Assembly: GCA_049513715.1 (NCBI GenBank)
Contig: JBEKVV010000001.1
Location: forward strand, 160,001 to 224,000
Direction: 5' to 3'
Length of the DNA: 64,000 bases
DNA from: Candidatus Bathyarchaeia archaeon
Lineage (GTDB): Archaea > Thermoproteota > Bathyarchaeia > 40CM-2-53-6
Shown: positions 59,967 through 64,000 of the stretch, piece by piece
How positions within the stretch are numbered: position 1 is the stretch's first letter
Layout: the number at the start of each line of letters is the position of its first letter
Notes under the pieces: model-generated
What the model was told of the DNA's origin: nothing
The model's database searches: none
Seen by the model: only the letters and a program-made list of their open reading frames with translations
Program-made: the position numbers and the translations under genes

Positions 59967-60980
59967 CTATTGTGCGATGTCTTTGAAAGCCCCTAGGCTT
60001 AGAAGTGTTGTTGTGGCCTCTTTCAAGGAAGCGGCCTCAACCAAAACCAATCTCAGATTCCGGGCCAGCGCTTTGGCATCACTGTCAACACCTGGAATCG
60101 CGAGTAGATAACTCTCGGAAGGTTTTGCGTCCTTCACCTTCGCCGCGAAGATGCGTACTGCGTCCGAGCTGATCGCCGATTCGGAAGTGACTACGTCGAT
60201 TGCAATGGTTTTGCTTCCTCCCCAACGACCGCTTCGGGCTGTCGTGACTACGTCGAAGCTTTGAGCTTGGCCTGATTTGCCTGGTAAGCTCCCTGGTGCT
60301 TGAGCCGTCAGTCCCATGTCCTCAAGCGTTGTCAAGACTTCGGAGTATAGGAGTACCTCTCGCCTTATCTCACCTAACAAGTCCGGGTTCAATCTGTATT
60401 GGTAGACGGGTACGAGGCGCGTTCTGTCTGTTGCGAATTGATGTCGCTTAGCCCTACAGAAGTGTGCGCTGGATGGCATGTTGAATGATTCGGTGCAGTT
60501 GGCGCATTTGTACCATGCTCCCACCGCTCTGTATTCGACGCCGAAGTTGTGAAGGACAGTCTGGCATTTGGGGCAGATCAATTGGTCCCCTTTCCTGAAG
60601 GTCTCATCATCGGCCACTTTGCCGCATTTGAGATGCTCGAAGAGGTAGCTGCGGGCAATGTTATAGCTGTAACATTTTGGGCAGACGTACCGCGTGCTCA
60701 CTTGGGCTGATCCACACTCGGGGCAAGCTGGCATCTTGTCCACCATGTCGGCGACGAGCACTTTGGCTTCGAGCATTGTGGAGAGGAGGGCTAGTGTTGC
60801 ATCGGGGCCTAACGCTTCGAGTTGTGGGTATCGTAGTTCGTCGGTTGGGGTTATCTCAGGGGTGATTGGGGTTCGGGGGCTTCGAATCAGGAATTGGAGT
60901 ATCTTCCTCGCTTTCGGGTCAGAGTAGATTTCCTTGTTTACGACGCTTGGCCTGGAGTCTAGGCGAGTCGTCAAAGTCAT
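59967..60980 (-). CDS. TackOD1-like multi-zinc-finger protein with C-terminal restriction-endonuclease-like fold
   Basis: CPECGS, CPKC, EHLKCG, CPKC, CANC, HFC; GKSG..SFDV...IAIDV. Confidence 0.75.
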   Translation of the reverse strand: MTLTTRLDSRPSVVNKEIYSDPKARKILQFLIRSPRTPITPEITPTDELRYPQLEALGPDATLALLSTMLEAKVLVADMVDKMPACPECGSAQVSTRYVCPKCYSYNIARSYLFEHLKCGKVADDETFRKGDQLICPKCQTVLHNFGVEYRAVGAWYKCANCTESFNMPSSAHFCRAKRHQFATDRTRLVPVYQYRLNPDLLGEIRREVLLYSEVLTTLEDMGLTAQAPGSLPGKSGQAQSFDVVTTARSGRWGGSKTIAIDVVTSESAISSDAVRIFAAKVKDAKPSESYLLAIPGVDSDAKALARNLRLVLVEAASLKEATTTLLSLGAFKDIAQ

Positions 60981-61735
60981 TACTGCTGTTCCCTGAAGAT
61001 GGGTTCCTGTGGTTTAACCTCGAAGCCTTCCGGTGAGATCCGGTACGCCACGATCTTCTTGTTGACTCTTACTCCACGCATCTTCTGGATCTCCAATGCG
61101 GGGTAGGTCTTGTCCTTCTCGCGGAAGGTGTGAAGAAGGAGGCTTCCCTGTGCGAGGATCGTTTCTGGGCCGAACGTGTCAACGAACGAGCTGTCGTGCT
61201 CGGTTAACACGAGTGTTGTGAGTTCAAGTTCTGAGAGGGCTCTGTAGAATTGAAGCAGCTTGAACCTGAATTCGGATTCGGACCTGTAGGCTCCTGCGAT
61301 CGAGACCAACGAATCTATGACACATCTTTTTGCAGCAACCCTCTTCCTGGCATTTGCTATGACTCCGATTAATCCGTCCAAGTCGAATTTCTCCGTTCCC
61401 ATGATGCCTCCTCGGATTTTCAGTTCTCCGCCTGGTTCCTCCTGCTGGGGGGAAGCGTCAACCAAGACAAGTTTCCCTTGACTTTCCAGGTCGAACATGT
61501 TCCAGTTGAATCTGATCATGTTGTTCGCGAAAGAGTAGGTCGGTTCTTCAAGCGAAACGTATACCCCATTCTCCGCGTACTGTGTGGCTCCGCGGTAGAG
61601 GAACTGGCCTCCCATTATTGTCTTGCCAGCGCCCGGGGCTCCAATCACCGCGTGCACATAGTTACGGGGTAACCCGCCTTCAAGAGCCTCATCTAGGCCA
61701 GTGATTCCAGTCTTAGCTTTTGAAATCTCACTCAA
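60980..61735 (-). CDS. Single-domain KaiC/RAD55 (ArlH-like) ATPase
   Basis: TGITGLD..GGLP, GAPGAGKT, SLEE, VIDS, KMRG. Confidence 0.92.
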   Translation of the reverse strand: MSEISKAKTGITGLDEALEGGLPRNYVHAVIGAPGAGKTIMGGQFLYRGATQYAENGVYVSLEEPTYSFANNMIRFNWNMFDLESQGKLVLVDASPQQEEPGGELKIRGGIMGTEKFDLDGLIGVIANARKRVAAKRCVIDSLVSIAGAYRSESEFRFKLLQFYRALSELELTTLVLTEHDSSFVDTFGPETILAQGSLLLHTFREKDKTYPALEIQKMRGVRVNKKIVAYRISPEGFEVKPQEPIFREQQ

Positions 61736-61787
61736 GAATCATCGCACCGTATTGAAGTTGCACCATGCTCATTAGAATTCCGATGAT

Positions 61788-63317
61788 TCAGTTGTACTCC
61801 ACTCTCAGCCGCTTCGAGGTGTTTGGTCGGATTTGAGCAACGATTGCGTGGTAGAATTTTGGAGAGGAGATTAAGGCTTCTCCGTTCCCAAGCGAAGGCA
61901 GCAGGGACCAGAGCGAATCGGGAACATTACCTGTCGAGGTCCTTAACACTCGAATGTTTGGTTCGGAGCTGATTCTGTGCATGAATCTGGTGTTACATAA
62001 CTCGACAAGTTCGGAGGGAACGAGGGCTGGTTGTTGCGAGACGAACCCTAAACCTATGCCCCTCTTCCTGCCTTGCCGCGCCATTTCAGTCAGCATCGTG
62101 CAGGTAGCGGTCATGGTCTTCATCTTGGCTTTGCTCAAGAAAGTGTGAACTTCCTCCATGAAGATCAGAATTGGTGCAGATTCAATGTATCGGGTCTTGT
62201 AGGTGAAGATCTCTTTCAGGAGGTGCGCCATGCAAATGTTGCGAACGATGTCTGATGATTCACTCAAATCAACGACAGATATCCTGCCGGGCACCAAGAA
62301 GTTTTCGGGAGGAATCTTATCGAAGATTTCGCCGGCCTGGTGGGCGTCCAGTATTCCGGCGCGGTGGGCGAGTGAGAGTTTCGTGTACAGTCCCATATGG
62401 GCTTCTGCCACAACCTCGGGAAGAGAGGCTTTGTCGATTTGTGCGTCAATTCTTTTCTTCAAGACGTTCAGGACGGCGCCAATCTCGTAGGGTTGGAAAC
62501 TTCCACTGATCTCTTTCGCCTTTCTGGCAATGTCAAACATGTAGACCCGTTCGAACGGCGACAGTCCTAAGACTTCGCAGAAAATCTCCAAATCAATGTC
62601 AGCGAATGGCACTCCAAACTTCTTCGCTTCCAAGTTGCGGCTTCTGTTAGGTGCGGGCACGTAAACTTGGAAGTTCTTTACGCCCTGGGGTTCCTTTTTG
62701 AATTCTCGCAGAATTGGTAGGAGGGCGTCAGTTGGTTCGTTCATGCCCACATATTCGCCTTCGATGTCGAAGATGAGAACGGCACGATTTGATTTGGTGG
62801 CTTCCTCAGCGATCACTTGAAGGGTGTTTGATTTTCCACCGCCGGTCGTTCCGAAAATTCCAATATGCCTAGTCAGGCTGCTTGGTTCTATAGCGACTTC
62901 CACCTCTTTCTGGCCGAGAAGGCGTCCGAGTTTGAATTCGCCGACTGCGCCAACGTAAGCCTGTACTTGCGATGGGTCCAACGTGGTGACTGGGGTTCCG
63001 GGGTTTGGTCTCGTCTGGACCGCGGTCTTGTGGTCACCGACGAGAAGCGAGGTTAGCTCGATCAAGTAGTACGCTCCGGGGTTCTTCGTGAAGAACGGTC
63101 CGTCGAGAATGCGACCTACGAAGGTCGTATCGGAGGCCGCCTCTCCAATTCGAACGTACACACCGCGATGCGGATCAGAATTTTGTGACATCATGAAACA
63201 AGTGATGCCTTGATGGGGCACGGTTCTTGCGTTTGCTATTTCTACGTCATCGTACGTGACATATCCAATGTGACCCTGAGATTTTTTCCGCTCTTCCACT
63301 ACACTGACCAATCTCAT
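61788..63317 (-). CDS. HerA/FtsK-superfamily ATPase (DUF87)
   Basis: RHIGIFGTTGGGKS, DIEGEY, MEEVH, GRKRG, SQQP, GEA. Confidence 0.9.
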   Translation of the reverse strand: MRLVSVVEERKKSQGHIGYVTYDDVEIANARTVPHQGITCFMMSQNSDPHRGVYVRIGEAASDTTFVGRILDGPFFTKNPGAYYLIELTSLLVGDHKTAVQTRPNPGTPVTTLDPSQVQAYVGAVGEFKLGRLLGQKEVEVAIEPSSLTRHIGIFGTTGGGKSNTLQVIAEEATKSNRAVLIFDIEGEYVGMNEPTDALLPILREFKKEPQGVKNFQVYVPAPNRSRNLEAKKFGVPFADIDLEIFCEVLGLSPFERVYMFDIARKAKEISGSFQPYEIGAVLNVLKKRIDAQIDKASLPEVVAEAHMGLYTKLSLAHRAGILDAHQAGEIFDKIPPENFLVPGRISVVDLSESSDIVRNICMAHLLKEIFTYKTRYIESAPILIFMEEVHTFLSKAKMKTMTATCTMLTEMARQGRKRGIGLGFVSQQPALVPSELVELCNTRFMHRISSEPNIRVLRTSTGNVPDSLWSLLPSLGNGEALISSPKFYHAIVAQIRPNTSKRLRVEYN

Positions 63318-63343
63318 GCTTCCCTCTATTCAGAGCCGTTCAT

Positions 63344-64000
63344 CTAGGCGCGCACCGCAATCTCCAAAACCTTTCCTGCAACTTCAACAGGGGTCACGCC
63401 CTCTGCCACTTGAATATTGTGTAACGCAGCTATCTCACTGGCTCGTTTCGAGAGGCGCGGAATCGCCGCTAGAACCACAACTGTAGGGTTAGTTTCGAGT
63501 TTCTTAACATAGAGTTCTAAGACTGGTTCTACGTCCACCTCTGACTCGCTCTGAGAGATATCGATTGCAATGGTTTTCATGTCCTTGTGGACCAGCACCG
63601 CGAAGGACACCTCTTCAGAGGTGCCGGCCATGGCACCGGGGCTCCTGACGTCGAAGCCCTTCTCACCGAGGACTCGCCTCAACGCATCAACTCCGAGGAA
63701 GCGGCGTGCATCTCCCAATGCTTCCTTTGTCATGCTGTACGCAAACACGTCTACGATCATCGCTTTCGGAAGATCAAAATCAAGACTGCATTTGCGACAG
63801 TAGTAGCTTTGAGATGGGTCTTCGAAATGTGCATGGCAAATGTTACAGGAGCACACTACGCCGATCAGGCGATACTCCTTCTCGTTCTCGAGCAGTTTCT
63901 TGCAGGTAGGACAAATTAGGCTTTTTCCTACGCGAAATGCGGTTTCTTGATGGATTGTGCCGCACGCAAGATGTTCAATCATTCGGCTTATTGAGATCTC
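63344..64000 (-). CDS. TackOD1-like zinc-finger/REase-fold protein, paralog of 59967 (5' part beyond the window)
   Basis: EHLACG, CPTC, CNIC, YYCRKC, TIAIDI. Confidence 0.75.
   Translation of the reverse strand, partial: EISISRMIEHLACGTIHQETAFRVGKSLICPTCKKLLENEKEYRLIGVVCSCNICHAHFEDPSQSYYCRKCSLDFDLPKAMIVDVFAYSMTKEALGDARRFLGVDALRRVLGEKGFDVRSPGAMAGTSEEVSFAVLVHKDMKTIAIDISQSESEVDVEPVLELYVKKLETNPTVVVLAAIPRLSKRASEIAALHNIQVAEGVTPVEVAGKVLEIAVRA

Noticed and set aside
1..64000. CRISPR arrays, rRNA, transposases or integrases
   Set aside because: No regularly spaced repeats, rRNA signatures or recombinase motifs found; the many short overlapping ORFs in the track are shadow frames

Overview
Archaeal chromosomal segment, inferred to be TACK/Bathyarchaeia-like from TiaS, Tsr3, an orphan A-type ATPase subunit F, BHB-intron tRNAs, TackOD1/DUF3227-like domains and class III signal-peptide pilins. 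About 0-19 kb is mostly housekeeping (pyrB/pyrI, tiaS, nnr, tsr3, speE-like). It also holds an ArsR-HTH + ATP-cone + class III RNR-like fusion whose catalytic motifs look degenerate, a frameshifted half-DOHH-like HEAT gene, an unannotated ~180-nt structured RNA candidate, a two-intron tRNA-Gln(UUG) and a four-intron initiator tRNA-Met. About 19-34 kb is an accessory signalling region: PAS histidine kinase, two REC-KaiC-like regulators, GvpD/KaiC ATPase, three DUF3227-like genes, a divergent RHH pair and several pseudogenes. About 34.5-64 kb is a surface-structure locus: glycosylation genes, three GT-C-like paralogs, 7TM/wHTH regulators, a duplicated pilin, a type IV pilus ATPase/TadC operon with three mosaic adhesin-pilins, and a convergent TackOD1-HerA-KaiC-TackOD1-pilin operon. 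All calls come from reading motifs by eye; no database searches were run.
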